Shown piece after piece: positions 28,564 through 37,501 of a stretch of 45,725 nt of DNA. The first letter of the stretch is position 1, and each line of letters begins with the position of its first letter. The notes under the pieces were generated by a model, which saw nothing but the letters and a program-made list of their open reading frames with translations, had not been told where the DNA came from and made no database searches. The position numbers were made by a program, and so were the translations under genes. The stretch is taken from contig JAHFKH010000002.1 of assembly GCA_023245435.1 (NCBI GenBank), positions 1-45,725 of the forward strand, in the 5' to 3' direction. Source of the DNA: Candidatus Shapirobacteria bacterium. GTDB taxonomy: Bacteria > Patescibacteriota > Microgenomatia > UBA12405.

Positions 28564-29793
28564 CTAGCTTTCTAAACTCTTTTTTTGATTTTTAATCCTC
28601 TCAAGTAGCTCATCATAAAGAACAATTTCGATATTTTTGAACTGGTTTTTTAATATCCTAAAGTCTTCTTTTTTCGAAGAGTTGTCTAATTGGGCTGAAT
28701 TTCCCATAATTACGAATGCCCTTGGGCGTATGACATCTAAATCAATGTCTTTCTCACGTTTAACATCAGCCTTTAAGTCATTTCCTTTTCGCTCTGAGTG
28801 ATAAAGATATTTTTCAGCTTGGACAATAGCTTCTATCGCTTGTTTGTCCCACGAGTAATTTCCTCTACTATCCTTTTTGGCGATTAATAGCTTAGTTTCT
28901 GGCTTTTTGATTTCGAAAAGATCAAGATACCCCTGGGTGTCCACCAAACCAAAATCAACTTTTCTGGTTGTTCCAAGAATTACATTAAGCTGTGCGATTG
29001 AATGAATGTATTTCGAATCTATCAAAAATAGATTCTCTTCTAAAAACTTTCCCCATTCAGATTCTGACGTCTTTTTTGATGACAGTTTTTTGTCAAATCT
29101 ATCGATTACATCACTAAATGTCACCGAGTCAATTTTTAGTTTTGTATTTTTAAATAGGTCGCTTTGGGTAATTTGTAATCGATGGCTCGATTTCATTAGG
29201 GTTGAGACAATGTCCGTTACCCTACCGATATCGTGTTTATCAAAACTATCTACTCCTTGGGCAGACAGTGTCTGAATTGCAAGCTTCGTGTCAGCCGCGG
29301 CGCTATTAATCTTTTTAGCTTTCACCACTTTTGGAAATTGTGTATTAAATAACTTGTTAACAATCTGGGCTCGTCTTTGGCGATGGTAGTAGTCCATTGT
29401 ACCGAGTTCATCGGATAAACCCTCCAGACAGGAATATGTTAGGTGTAAATATTTGTTCTTTCCTTTCTTCGTAATAGAACACGCTCCGGTTTTGGAGATG
29501 TCAATTGATTTTATGTTTTTACTGTTAAAGGTTCGATGAATATAGTCAAATATACGGTTCTTACAATATCCGTTTTTCTTAAATATTTCGGGTAAAGACG
29601 AGAATCCATCAATGGTAAGTTTAGAGAAAAAGTAGTATGCAGACTTAATTGGGTAGTACTCAGTAAAGAGCTTGTTTTTATTGATTTTATAAACAAGTAT
29701 TCTTTCTGGAGATTTCTTATCATCAATAACATATCCCGATATAATTTCGCTTCCTCTAATCTTCTTGACCTCTTCTATTGTTTTTAATGCCAT
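28564..29793 (-). CDS. sduA: Shedu anti-phage nuclease (DUF4263) with N-terminal extension
   Basis: 'SESEWGKFLEEN', 'VDF..LFEIKKP', 'AIVQAEKY', 'IRPRAFVIMG', 'IEIVLYDELL'. Confidence 0.88.
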   Translation of the reverse strand: MALKTIEEVKKIRGSEIISGYVIDDKKSPERILVYKINKNKLFTEYYPIKSAYYFFSKLTIDGFSSLPEIFKKNGYCKNRIFDYIHRTFNSKNIKSIDISKTGACSITKKGKNKYLHLTYSCLEGLSDELGTMDYYHRQRRAQIVNKLFNTQFPKVVKAKKINSAAADTKLAIQTLSAQGVDSFDKHDIGRVTDIVSTLMKSSHRLQITQSDLFKNTKLKIDSVTFSDVIDRFDKKLSSKKTSESEWGKFLEENLFLIDSKYIHSIAQLNVILGTTRKVDFGLVDTQGYLDLFEIKKPETKLLIAKKDSRGNYSWDKQAIEAIVQAEKYLYHSERKGNDLKADVKREKDIDLDVIRPRAFVIMGNSAQLDNSSKKEDFRILKNQFKNIEIVLYDELLERIKNQKKSLES

Positions 29794-29798
29794 ATATT

Positions 29799-30683
29799 TT
29801 ACTTTTGATTAATAAAGGTATTAAAATCCATAGTTTTCTCCTGTTTATTAACAAACCAAAAGTGATCTTCAGTTATCCCAAAAATGTAACAAAATTCAGC
29901 CCATATTTTGTAAGCAATCATCTCGGGAGTTTGGTTTTCTTTCTTTATAAAGACATCTCTGTCGACCGCGGGGCCCAAAAAGTCTAATCGACCAGCAGAC
30001 GAAATCCAGTTTATATCTAGAACTAGTTCAATTATCTTTCTCTCAGGTTTAAATATGTGGATTTTATAAATTATTCCAGACGGTTTTTTAGCTAGGTGTT
30101 CCGATATTTTATTTGTAAAGTTGACAAAGTTGGATATAAGTTCAGCCGCTGCTAAACCATTAAATTTAAAGGATTCGTTTGGATCTTCGTTTTCAATGCC
30201 GTGTCCATAAAAATCCTCACTAGCGGCGAAGATAATTTGACCATCTCTAAATATCCTAATAATTTTTCTGTCTCCATTGGTGATTTGCAAATACTCACCA
30301 GCAACTGGTTTTGTGCGTCCGAGTGTCCTCAAGTCCCACCCCATGTTTCTAAAACTAACTGGATTCTCGATGTACTTAGTTAATTCCGATTCACCCCCGG
30401 CAAATAAATCCTTAACTTCATTCGGTTGAGATCTAAATGAGCTGGATATGGCAAAAGTAGTGAAGTTTCTGAAATCGGAAAAATTCTTAATGTCGTTTAC
30501 CCTATTTATTTCTTCGGGAGTGAATGTTTGGTGAACTTCATTGGCATTTTTTTCTAAAAGATAGGTCCTTACTGCTTCTCTGATCAACTCACTTCTATTC
30601 CTAATCTCAACTTCGGCTTGCTTATCAACTGCATCTAACAACTCTTCAGATAAAGTGATGTTTATTATTTGGTTTTTCCTCAT
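29799..30683 (-). CDS. Ribbon-helix-helix (CopG/NikR-like) domain fused to an unknown ~230-aa domain (likely start 30683)
   Basis: 'IINITLSEELLDAVDKQAE..NRSELIREAVRTYL'. Confidence 0.8.
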   Translation of the reverse strand: MRKNQIINITLSEELLDAVDKQAEVEIRNRSELIREAVRTYLLEKNANEVHQTFTPEEINRVNDIKNFSDFRNFTTFAISSSFRSQPNEVKDLFAGGESELTKYIENPVSFRNMGWDLRTLGRTKPVAGEYLQITNGDRKIIRIFRDGQIIFAASEDFYGHGIENEDPNESFKFNGLAAAELISNFVNFTNKISEHLAKKPSGIIYKIHIFKPERKIIELVLDINWISSAGRLDFLGPAVDRDVFIKKENQTPEMIAYKIWAEFCYIFGITEDHFWFVNKQEKTMDFNTFINQK

Positions 30684-30689
30684 GAACTT

Positions 30690-30718
30690 ATTGTACACAC
30701 ATGTATGTGTAATTTCAA
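30690..30718 (-). promoter_or_regulatory. Leaderless promoter with internal operator
   Basis: TTGAAA-N17-TACAAT-N6-ATG; TACACA-N6-TGTGTA palindrome (30694-30711) over the spacer. Confidence 0.75.
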
Positions 30719-30736
30719 GTATTGTGGTTACCGGAT

Positions 30737-30806
30737 TGAGACACTCCTTTTTTATACTGTCTCATTTGTCTCATTTAGCTTCAAATCTTTGATAGAATGA
30801 GACAGT
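30737..30806. repeat. Four TGAGACA/TGTCTCA motifs at the element end
   Basis: Copies at 30737(+), 30758(-), 30767(-) and 30798(+); includes an 11-bp perfect inverted repeat ACTGTCTCATT/AATGAGACAGT. Confidence 0.8.
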
Positions 30807-30810
30807 GGGT

Positions 30811-30836
30811 AAGTGGGTGTTATAGGGACAGAAAGG
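30811..30836. other. Candidate attR (24-bp element arm + GG; AAAGG core)
   Basis: AAGTGGGTGTTATAGGGACAGAAAGG, inverted counterpart of 817-840. Confidence 0.65.
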
Positions 30837-30853
30837 TTCCAGACCCACATGCT

Positions 30854-30896
30854 CCGCCTACGTTCGCTGAAGCTCACTCCGGCGGACACAGTCCGC
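30854..30896. repeat. GC-rich REP-like/terminator hairpins
   Basis: CCGCC...GGCGG overlapping GCGGAC-ACA-GTCCGC. Confidence 0.55.
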
Positions 30897-30899
30897 TAA

Positions 30900-31478
30900 T
30901 CAAAACTTTTCTGTCAATATTTTTTCGACTAACTCTCTCGTATACAATTGGTGAATATTTTGATTTTCCCAATCGATTGCGTGTCGATATTCATCATTAG
31001 AATATGCTGTTAAATTTAATTTATTGGCAATATCGTGGACATCATTATTTTCTTTGCCTTCAATTTCAAAAGTAAAATAATCGGGGGTATATTTTGATAA
31101 TTTTATTTCGACTCCCAAATAATTAAATTCCCAACTTTCCCAAAAATATATCATACCCGTATTAAATCGCATACATTCGAGCATATCTAGAGCAGATAAA
31201 AACTCCCCTGTTTTTAATTTAACCTCAACTTCTTTTCTCTCTAAATCCTGAAAGTTGCCAGTTTTGATTGAAATTTTTTCTTTATCATCACTTTTTTTAA
31301 GTCTGATATCGGTACCACTACTGTTTTTCCAGGTTTTAGTTTCTGAATCAAAACCAGGGGAAATATCAATCGATAATCGGTGATAATGATCGACCAATTC
31401 TCCTGTTTCTGATAACAATTTAAATAAATTATCAAATTTTTCTTTACTAATTTTCCCCCTGATTTCTATTTCGGTCAT
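30900..31478 (-). CDS. CYTH domain protein
   Basis: N-terminal 'EIEIR', 'DIRLK', 'RKEVEV', 'FEIE'. Confidence 0.8.
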   Translation of the reverse strand: MTEIEIRGKISKEKFDNLFKLLSETGELVDHYHRLSIDISPGFDSETKTWKNSSGTDIRLKKSDDKEKISIKTGNFQDLERKEVEVKLKTGEFLSALDMLECMRFNTGMIYFWESWEFNYLGVEIKLSKYTPDYFTFEIEGKENNDVHDIANKLNLTAYSNDEYRHAIDWENQNIHQLYTRELVEKILTEKF

Positions 31479-31937
31479 TTATTTATCCATCCTTCCGATA
31501 TATTCACCGGTGTTGGGAAAATTATTTTTGTAATCATTTATTAATTTTGGAGTTAATTCTTTTGGTAGTAAATTATTTGGTAAATTATTCATGTCAAGCC
31601 AGGTGCACCAAACTGAACCATCAGAATGTTCGGGGTCAAGTAGATGTTCAACTTCTTCATATTTATTGATATCACCCAATATAAATAATTCGACACTATG
31701 TTCATTATCTTCTGGCATTATAAAATCACGAACATATAAGACTTTTTTAAATTCAAAATTTGCTCCGTCACACTCTTCGGCAGTTTCGCGAATACACCCC
31801 TCTAATATTGTTTCGCCGTATTCTAAATGTCCTCCAATATAATGGAAGAAATCATATTTCTGTCGATATTGGACTAATAATTTATCATTTTTGATGACTA
31901 TTAATCTTAAGCGGACGTTTATTTTGTGATTTTCCAT
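31479..31937 (-). CDS. Nudix hydrolase (likely start 31937)
   Basis: 'GGHLEYGETILEGCIRETAEE'. Confidence 0.9.
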   Translation of the reverse strand: MENHKINVRLRLIVIKNDKLLVQYRQKYDFFHYIGGHLEYGETILEGCIRETAEECDGANFEFKKVLYVRDFIMPEDNEHSVELFILGDINKYEEVEHLLDPEHSDGSVWCTWLDMNNLPNNLLPKELTPKLINDYKNNFPNTGEYIGRMDK

Positions 31938-31971
31938 GTAAATCAAATTATACACCGGGTTATAATTGGTG

Positions 31972-32412
31972 ATGAAGCCAAAAAATGGGGCGGCAGTATT
32001 AATAATGAGCCCGGATAAAATTTTATTATTTCATCGCGATAATATACCGACTATACCCGCACCCGATTGTTGGCAATTGGTGGGAGGAGGAATTGAGGAG
32101 GGAGAAACTCCAGAACAGGCACTGGTTCGGGAAGTAAAAGAGGAGGTTTGTTATGATTTGAAAAATTTTCAATTTGTGAAAAAGGTGGTGGGACAGTTAG
32201 GTGAAGAGAAATGGTTTTATGTAGCATTTGTAAATAAAGATGAAGAAAATAAATTTAAACTGGGACCCGATGAAGGACAGGAAATTGGTTGGTTTACAAT
32301 AGAAGAGGCATTAAAAATTAAATTAGCAGCGGGGACAAAAATTTTATTGGAAAAATATAAAGAAATAATTATAAAAATGATGAAAACAAAAAATGTACCA
32401 AATATTAATTGA
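31972..32412 (+). CDS. Nudix hydrolase (likely start 31972)
   Basis: 'GGGIEEGETPEQALVREVKEE'. Confidence 0.92.
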   Translation: MKPKNGAAVLIMSPDKILLFHRDNIPTIPAPDCWQLVGGGIEEGETPEQALVREVKEEVCYDLKNFQFVKKVVGQLGEEKWFYVAFVNKDEENKFKLGPDEGQEIGWFTIEEALKIKLAAGTKILLEKYKEIIIKMMKTKNVPNIN

Positions 32413-33268
32413 GGCTTTGGTTGATAGTGCTAAAACAATTCCCCTATTGTTAATAATTTATATTGGAATTGAACTACTAGAATATAAATTTGGCAACCAA
32501 ATTCGAGAGTGGGTAGCCAAAGCGGGAAAAACAGGCCCGGTGGTGGGGGCAATTGCGGGAAGTTTTCCTCAATGTGGATTTTCGGTAATTGCCACGGCCT
32601 TGTACAATCAAAGACTGGTAACAATGGGCACATTAATAGCCGTATATTTGTCAACCAGCGATGAAGCCATACCTATAATTTTGGCTCAGCCAGATAAAGC
32701 TTATTTAATTTGGCCAATAATTGGAGTAAAAATATTGATAGCAGTGATATCGGGTTATGGGATTGATTTGATTTTTAGAAAAGAGCAATTGAAAATTATT
32801 TCTCATATTGAGTCGGTAGAAACTGGACATGATAATAAAAATCACCATCATGAAGTGGCACTAACCGAAACTGCTTGTTGTGGCCATGCGACGTGCATTG
32901 AAGTTGATAAATTTAATGTCAAAGAAGTGGTGTGGCACCCAATTGTTCATACTTTTAACGTTTTTATTTTTATATTTTTATCGACTTTATTGATTAATTT
33001 TTTATTTTTAAAACTGGGACTGGTAATTTTTGACAATGTATTTTTGATTGGATTAATTGGTTTGATTCCCAACTGCGCCTCATCGGTAGCTATCACTCAA
33101 CTTTATTTAAAGGGGGCAATTGGTTTTGGTTCGGTGGTGGCAGGGTTATCGGCTAGTGGTGGATTGGGATTGTTGATATTATGGCGAGAGGAAAAAAATA
33201 AAAAAACATTTTTTAAGATTTTGGTGTTGCTGTATGTTATTGCGGTAATAGCGGGATTAGTTGTATAA
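32393..33268 (+). CDS. Putative metal transporter (ArsP_2 / 'putative manganese transporter' type)
   Basis: 'PQCGFS', 'STSDEAIP', 'IPNCASSV', His/Cys-rich loop 'HDNKNHHHE..CCGH'. Confidence 0.8.
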   Translation: MYQILIEALVDSAKTIPLLLIIYIGIELLEYKFGNQIREWVAKAGKTGPVVGAIAGSFPQCGFSVIATALYNQRLVTMGTLIAVYLSTSDEAIPIILAQPDKAYLIWPIIGVKILIAVISGYGIDLIFRKEQLKIISHIESVETGHDNKNHHHEVALTETACCGHATCIEVDKFNVKEVVWHPIVHTFNVFIFIFLSTLLINFLFLKLGLVIFDNVFLIGLIGLIPNCASSVAITQLYLKGAIGFGSVVAGLSASGGLGLLILWREEKNKKTFFKILVLLYVIAVIAGLVV

Positions 33269-33277
33269 TAAATTTCC

Positions 33278-35014
33278 ATGAAAATGATCAGGAGATTTTT
33301 CTATTTTTTGAGTTTTTATCCGCTACAAATGGCGGCTTTTATGCTGACAAATACAATATCGGTGGGATTTGATTCGATGCGACCCTGGACCATGAAAATG
33401 ATTTTGAATAGTGCGGGCAGTGGTAACCAAAATAGTACTTATTGGTATTTGGGATTGTTTGGAGTCTCGGTAATTGGGGTAAATTTGATTAATGCCCTAA
33501 CATTTTTTTTGGCGGATACAATTAAAATTCCCCTATCAAAACAAATACGAGAGGTGGTTTTTAAAAAAATCTTGGATTTGGATTTTGCCTATCATGTTGA
33601 TAAAAATACTGGGGCATTAATTTCAGCTTTTAAACGAGGTGATGGAGCGGTTGATTCAATATTTAGCGCAGTTTTTCAAGAAATATATTGGACACTGATA
33701 TACATAACTGTGGCGTTGTGGTTTTTATTTCAGGCTGATAAATATATTGGATTTTCATTGTTGGGATTATTTTCAATCAACATGTTTTTGATTTTTTGGT
33801 TGATAAATAAAAATTTGGACAAAAGAAAAGCGTTTAATAAATCGGAAGATCAAATATCGGGAATAATTACCGACACAATGATTAACTACGACACGGTTAA
33901 ATATTTTGCGGCGGAAAAAAAGGAAGAAAAACGCTTGGCTGATAAATTTGTTGAATGGACAAATAATGTGTGGGGTTATGCCAATACTTTTAGACTGATG
34001 GATATTACCATTGGAACAGTGTCGGCATCGGGAATGTTGTTAATGCTTTTTATTGCGGTTTCTAAACTAAATAATGGCTTAACTTTGGGAGATGTAGTGT
34101 TGGTATCGGGTTTTGTCACTTCAATACATTTTCAATTTTTCCATTTATTTTCACAAATAAGACAAATTGCTAAACACGCGATTGATATGGAAACTTATTT
34201 TGCAATTTTGGATAATGAAGCGACAGTTAAAGATGCCATAAAACCTTTAAAAATAATTAAAGCCAAAGGGAAAATTGAATTTAGAAATATTGGATTTGTC
34301 TACCCTAAAAATAAACAAAAGATTTTGGATGGAATTAATTTGACAATAAATGCGGGAAGTAAGGTGGCTTTTGTGGGTCGATCGGGGGCGGGAAAAACGA
34401 CTTTGGTCAAATTATTATTGCGATTTTATGACCCCAGCAAAGGCTTGGTATTAATTGACGGAATTGATATTAAAAAATTAAAAAAATCAGAATTAAGATC
34501 AATTATATCGGTGGTACCTCAAGAACCAGTTTTGTTTAACAACACTGTAATGTTTAATTTGTCCTATGGTAAGGAAAACGCAACTATGGAGGAAATTGAA
34601 AAAGCAGCAGAGCAGGCCAATATTTTGGAGTTTATAAAAAATTTACCAAAAGGCTGGGAAACCGAAGTGGGTGAACGAGGCATAAAACTTTCGGGTGGCC
34701 AAAAACAAAGATTGGCCATAGCTCGAGCCTTGTTGGCTGACCCTAAAGTTTTGGTGTTTGATGAAGCGACATCAAATTTGGATTCGGAATCGGAAAAACA
34801 AATACAGTTGGCGTTAGAAGTTGTTTCAAAAACGAGAACAGTAATTATTGTGGCTCATCGATTTTCGACGGTTCGTGATGCGGACAAAATTGTGGTGTTG
34901 GCCGCTGGAACAATAGTTGAAACCGGCAAGCATGAAGAATTAATCACCAAAGGCGGCGTTTACGAAAAATTGTGGAATTTACAGACGAAGGGAAAGTTGA
35001 CGTTGATAAATTAG
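33278..35014 (+). CDS. ABC exporter, fused TMD-NBD
   Basis: GRSGAGKT, LSGGQKQR, DEATSNLD, AHR. Confidence 0.95.
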   Translation: MKMIRRFFYFLSFYPLQMAAFMLTNTISVGFDSMRPWTMKMILNSAGSGNQNSTYWYLGLFGVSVIGVNLINALTFFLADTIKIPLSKQIREVVFKKILDLDFAYHVDKNTGALISAFKRGDGAVDSIFSAVFQEIYWTLIYITVALWFLFQADKYIGFSLLGLFSINMFLIFWLINKNLDKRKAFNKSEDQISGIITDTMINYDTVKYFAAEKKEEKRLADKFVEWTNNVWGYANTFRLMDITIGTVSASGMLLMLFIAVSKLNNGLTLGDVVLVSGFVTSIHFQFFHLFSQIRQIAKHAIDMETYFAILDNEATVKDAIKPLKIIKAKGKIEFRNIGFVYPKNKQKILDGINLTINAGSKVAFVGRSGAGKTTLVKLLLRFYDPSKGLVLIDGIDIKKLKKSELRSIISVVPQEPVLFNNTVMFNLSYGKENATMEEIEKAAEQANILEFIKNLPKGWETEVGERGIKLSGGQKQRLAIARALLADPKVLVFDEATSNLDSESEKQIQLALEVVSKTRTVIIVAHRFSTVRDADKIVVLAAGTIVETGKHEELITKGGVYEKLWNLQTKGKLTLIN

Positions 35015-35033
35015 ATTATTGATATAATTTGGA

Positions 35034-35696
35034 ATGATTCAATCAAAAGCTTGGAACTGGAAAGTAGCTAACTCTAATTATTGGCAAGAGGCGGCGCCTG
35101 AAGTTTATCCATTAATTGGTAGATGGAAAAAATTAAAATTAAATAAATTTTTAGATTTGGGTTGTGGTGTTGGCCGTCATACAATATTAATGGCGGAAAA
35201 TGGATTTGAGGTATTCGCTACCGATCTATCAGTTGATGGTCTGGAAAAACTAAATGAAATTGCTCAAGATCAAAATTTGAAAATTAAAATTGAAAAAGCC
35301 GACATGGTTTCGTTGCCTTTTGTAGATAATTCATTTGATTGTTTAGTCGCCTATCATGCAATATATCACACTGATGAAGTTGGTATAAAAAAAGTTATGT
35401 CAGAAATTAAAAGAGTTTTAAAAACTGGTGGTGAGGCATTGATTACTTTTAATTCACAAAAAAATACTGCATTTGCAGATCCTCGAAATGAACACCTTTC
35501 CACAAATGTAGTTATAAAAAATATTGGACATGAGGCTGGAATTCCACATTATTATGCTACGAAAAAGGATGTGGAAATGTTAATCGACGATTTTGAAACG
35601 ATTGAATTTGGGTATAGAGAAGAATATTGGAATTCTCCAGAACTTGGACCTGATTATATTAGCGCCCACTATTGCGTATTAATCAAAAAGAAATAA
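35034..35696 (+). CDS. Class I SAM-dependent methyltransferase
   Basis: 'LDLGCGVGRH', 'ADMVSLPFVDNSFD'. Confidence 0.92.
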   Translation: MIQSKAWNWKVANSNYWQEAAPEVYPLIGRWKKLKLNKFLDLGCGVGRHTILMAENGFEVFATDLSVDGLEKLNEIAQDQNLKIKIEKADMVSLPFVDNSFDCLVAYHAIYHTDEVGIKKVMSEIKRVLKTGGEALITFNSQKNTAFADPRNEHLSTNVVIKNIGHEAGIPHYYATKKDVEMLIDDFETIEFGYREEYWNSPELGPDYISAHYCVLIKKK

Positions 35697-35700
35697 CACA

Positions 35701-35736
35701 AAAATGCCGGGGCATATAAATACACCTCGGCATTTT
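35701..35736. terminator. Bidirectional intrinsic terminator
   Basis: AAAATGCCGGGG...CCTCGGCATTTT between convergent genes. Confidence 0.75.
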
Positions 35737-35751
35737 GTAGACAAATAAAAA

Positions 35752-36210
35752 TTATTTAGTAATTGAAGGGGTGAGATTTTGAGTTTGTCCTAATAATTTT
35801 GGATCTAATTCGATAGTTGTGGCAGTAACAGAACCGTCGGTGTTGTTTGTGCCAAACACAGCAACCTTGGAACCAACTTTTAGATCAGTTTTTGGAGCAT
35901 CAACTGATTTGGTAATTGCTACGGTTGAAGATAATAAAACGATTCTACTTGAACCATCGGCCATTTTTACTGTGACACTTTTGTCATCAAGAGCAATAAC
36001 GTCGCCAATTGTTTGACGATTACCGCGCATCATACCTTGTCCACCAGTACTAGGAATGCCATTACGTCCAGTAAACTGACCTGTACCGTTACGAGCAAAA
36101 CCTGTAATAGCTGTTTTGGCTTGGGCAACTTTGTAACCAATACCAAAAGAACCTCCACCAACTAATAACATTAAAATCACGACCAAAATAATTGTATTTT
36201 GATTTTTCAT
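35752..36210 (-). CDS. Membrane-anchored DUF5666-like OB-fold protein
   Basis: TM helix, Gly-rich linker, 'DLKVGSKVAVFG..DGSVTATTI'. Confidence 0.75.
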   Translation of the reverse strand: MKNQNTIILVVILMLLVGGGSFGIGYKVAQAKTAITGFARNGTGQFTGRNGIPSTGGQGMMRGNRQTIGDVIALDDKSVTVKMADGSSRIVLLSSTVAITKSVDAPKTDLKVGSKVAVFGTNNTDGSVTATTIELDPKLLGQTQNLTPSITK

Positions 36211-36253
36211 AAAAAAGATTGAATAATTAATTAATATATTTTAATAATTGTTT

Positions 36254-36269
36254 CTGAATTTAATCTGAA
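36254..36269 (-). promoter_or_regulatory. OmpR-type direct repeat TTCAG-N6-TTCAG
   Basis: 10 nt upstream of TAAAAT; same motif at 39406 and 41030. Confidence 0.6.
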
Positions 36270-36273
36270 ATTA

Positions 36274-37497
36274 TTATTCCCAACGTAATGCTTCGATGGG
36301 TTGTAAATTGGCGGCGCGGCGGGCGGGATACAAACCAAAAACTATTCCAATAACCCCAGAAACTCCCATAGCTAGGGCAATGGCACCAATAGAAATCGAA
36401 ACAGGAAAACCCATAAATAATGACAAACCATACGAGATAGAAATACCAAAAATCATGCCGATGATACCTCCAAAAAAAGTTAATATAACTGATTCAACTA
36501 AAAATTGAGTAATAATTGTTTTCTTTTTGGCCCCCAGGGCTTTTCGTAAACCAATTTCTCGAGTACGTTCGGTGACAGTAACTAACATTATGTTCATAAT
36601 ACCAATACCTCCAACCAATAAAGATATAGCCGCAATTCCACCCAACAGTGTAGTAAATGTTCCAGTGACTTGAGACACAGTGCTTAAAATTTCTTGTTGA
36701 GACATAATGGTAAAATCGGCCGAGGCGGGATTAGTTTGATGATGGCGATCAAGTAAAAAATATCCTAATTCATCTTGAGCTTGGACCATAACCTCAGACG
36801 ATTTGGCCTCAACGGCAATTGACGATAAATAATTTACCCCAGCTAATTGTTTTTGCATAGTTGAAAGTGGGACATAAACTTGGTCGTCGGGATTGTTAAA
36901 TCCACTGCCACCTTTGGCGGTAGTGACACCAATAACTTTAAAAGTTTGTTTACCAATACGAAGTGATTGACCCACCGGGTCAACCCCATCACCAAATAAA
37001 TTAGTAGCAGTCGTAGGACCAACAACGGCAACTTTGGACATTGAATCAACATCACGTGTAGTAATGAAATTGCCATTAGATAGGCTTAATTTGTGAATTG
37101 TTTCATACTCAGGAACTACTCCTTGAACTGTAGTATTAGAATTATTGGCACCGGCAATTAATTGAAAACGACGAGAAAATTCGGGGGAAACACTAAGAAT
37201 GGTGGTAATTTTTGGAGTAGTGGAAATAGCAGTGGCATCGGCTAAAGTTAAGGTAGTATTGCTGCCCGGAGCTTCACGAACATTACCGGTGCGAGCACCA
37301 CCAGGAGTTATAGTTAATAAATTGGCACCAAGAGATTGAATTTGATTTTGAATTGAAAGTTGACTTCCTTGGCCAATAGAAATTAAAGCAATAACCGAGC
37401 CAATACCAATAATAATTCCTAATGCAGCCAAACCAGTGCGCATTTTATTGAGACTAAGGGTGGAAAAAGATTCAAAAATTATTTCGATAAGTTTCAT
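36274..37497 (-). CDS. ABC permease, MacB/FtsX family (likely start 37497)
   Basis: 'LGIIIGIGSVI', 'VGGIGIMNIMLVTVTERTREIG'. Confidence 0.95.
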   Translation of the reverse strand: MKLIEIIFESFSTLSLNKMRTGLAALGIIIGIGSVIALISIGQGSQLSIQNQIQSLGANLLTITPGGARTGNVREAPGSNTTLTLADATAISTTPKITTILSVSPEFSRRFQLIAGANNSNTTVQGVVPEYETIHKLSLSNGNFITTRDVDSMSKVAVVGPTTATNLFGDGVDPVGQSLRIGKQTFKVIGVTTAKGGSGFNNPDDQVYVPLSTMQKQLAGVNYLSSIAVEAKSSEVMVQAQDELGYFLLDRHHQTNPASADFTIMSQQEILSTVSQVTGTFTTLLGGIAAISLLVGGIGIMNIMLVTVTERTREIGLRKALGAKKKTIITQFLVESVILTFFGGIIGMIFGISISYGLSLFMGFPVSISIGAIALAMGVSGVIGIVFGLYPARRAANLQPIEALRWE

Positions 37498-37501
37498 AAA
37501 A

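Larger units (their letters stand above)
812..30836. mobile_element. Integrative element (genomic island / satellite-like) with large serine recombinase, terminase module, defence genes and cargo
   Basis: Starts at the tRNA-Ser 3' end. AAAGG direct repeat at 812-816 and 30832-30836 with inverted inner arms. Contains recombinase, TerS/TerL, MTases, Shedu and Mrr. Host-type genes resume at 30900. Confidence 0.75.

Noticed and set aside
19431..30836. Complete prophage
   Set aside because: No recognisable structural, lysis or replication genes.
30824..30853. Alternative att alignment AGGG(T/A)CA-N11-GACCCAC(T/A)TGCT with 814-843
   Set aside because: The similarity is real, but a crossover in this register gives no shared central dinucleotide at the symmetry axis. 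The AAAGG register is preferred, though not proven.
30797..31000. 67-aa ORF across the right junction
   Set aside because: It spans the att site and hairpins and overlaps the CYTH gene antisense; no protein-like features.
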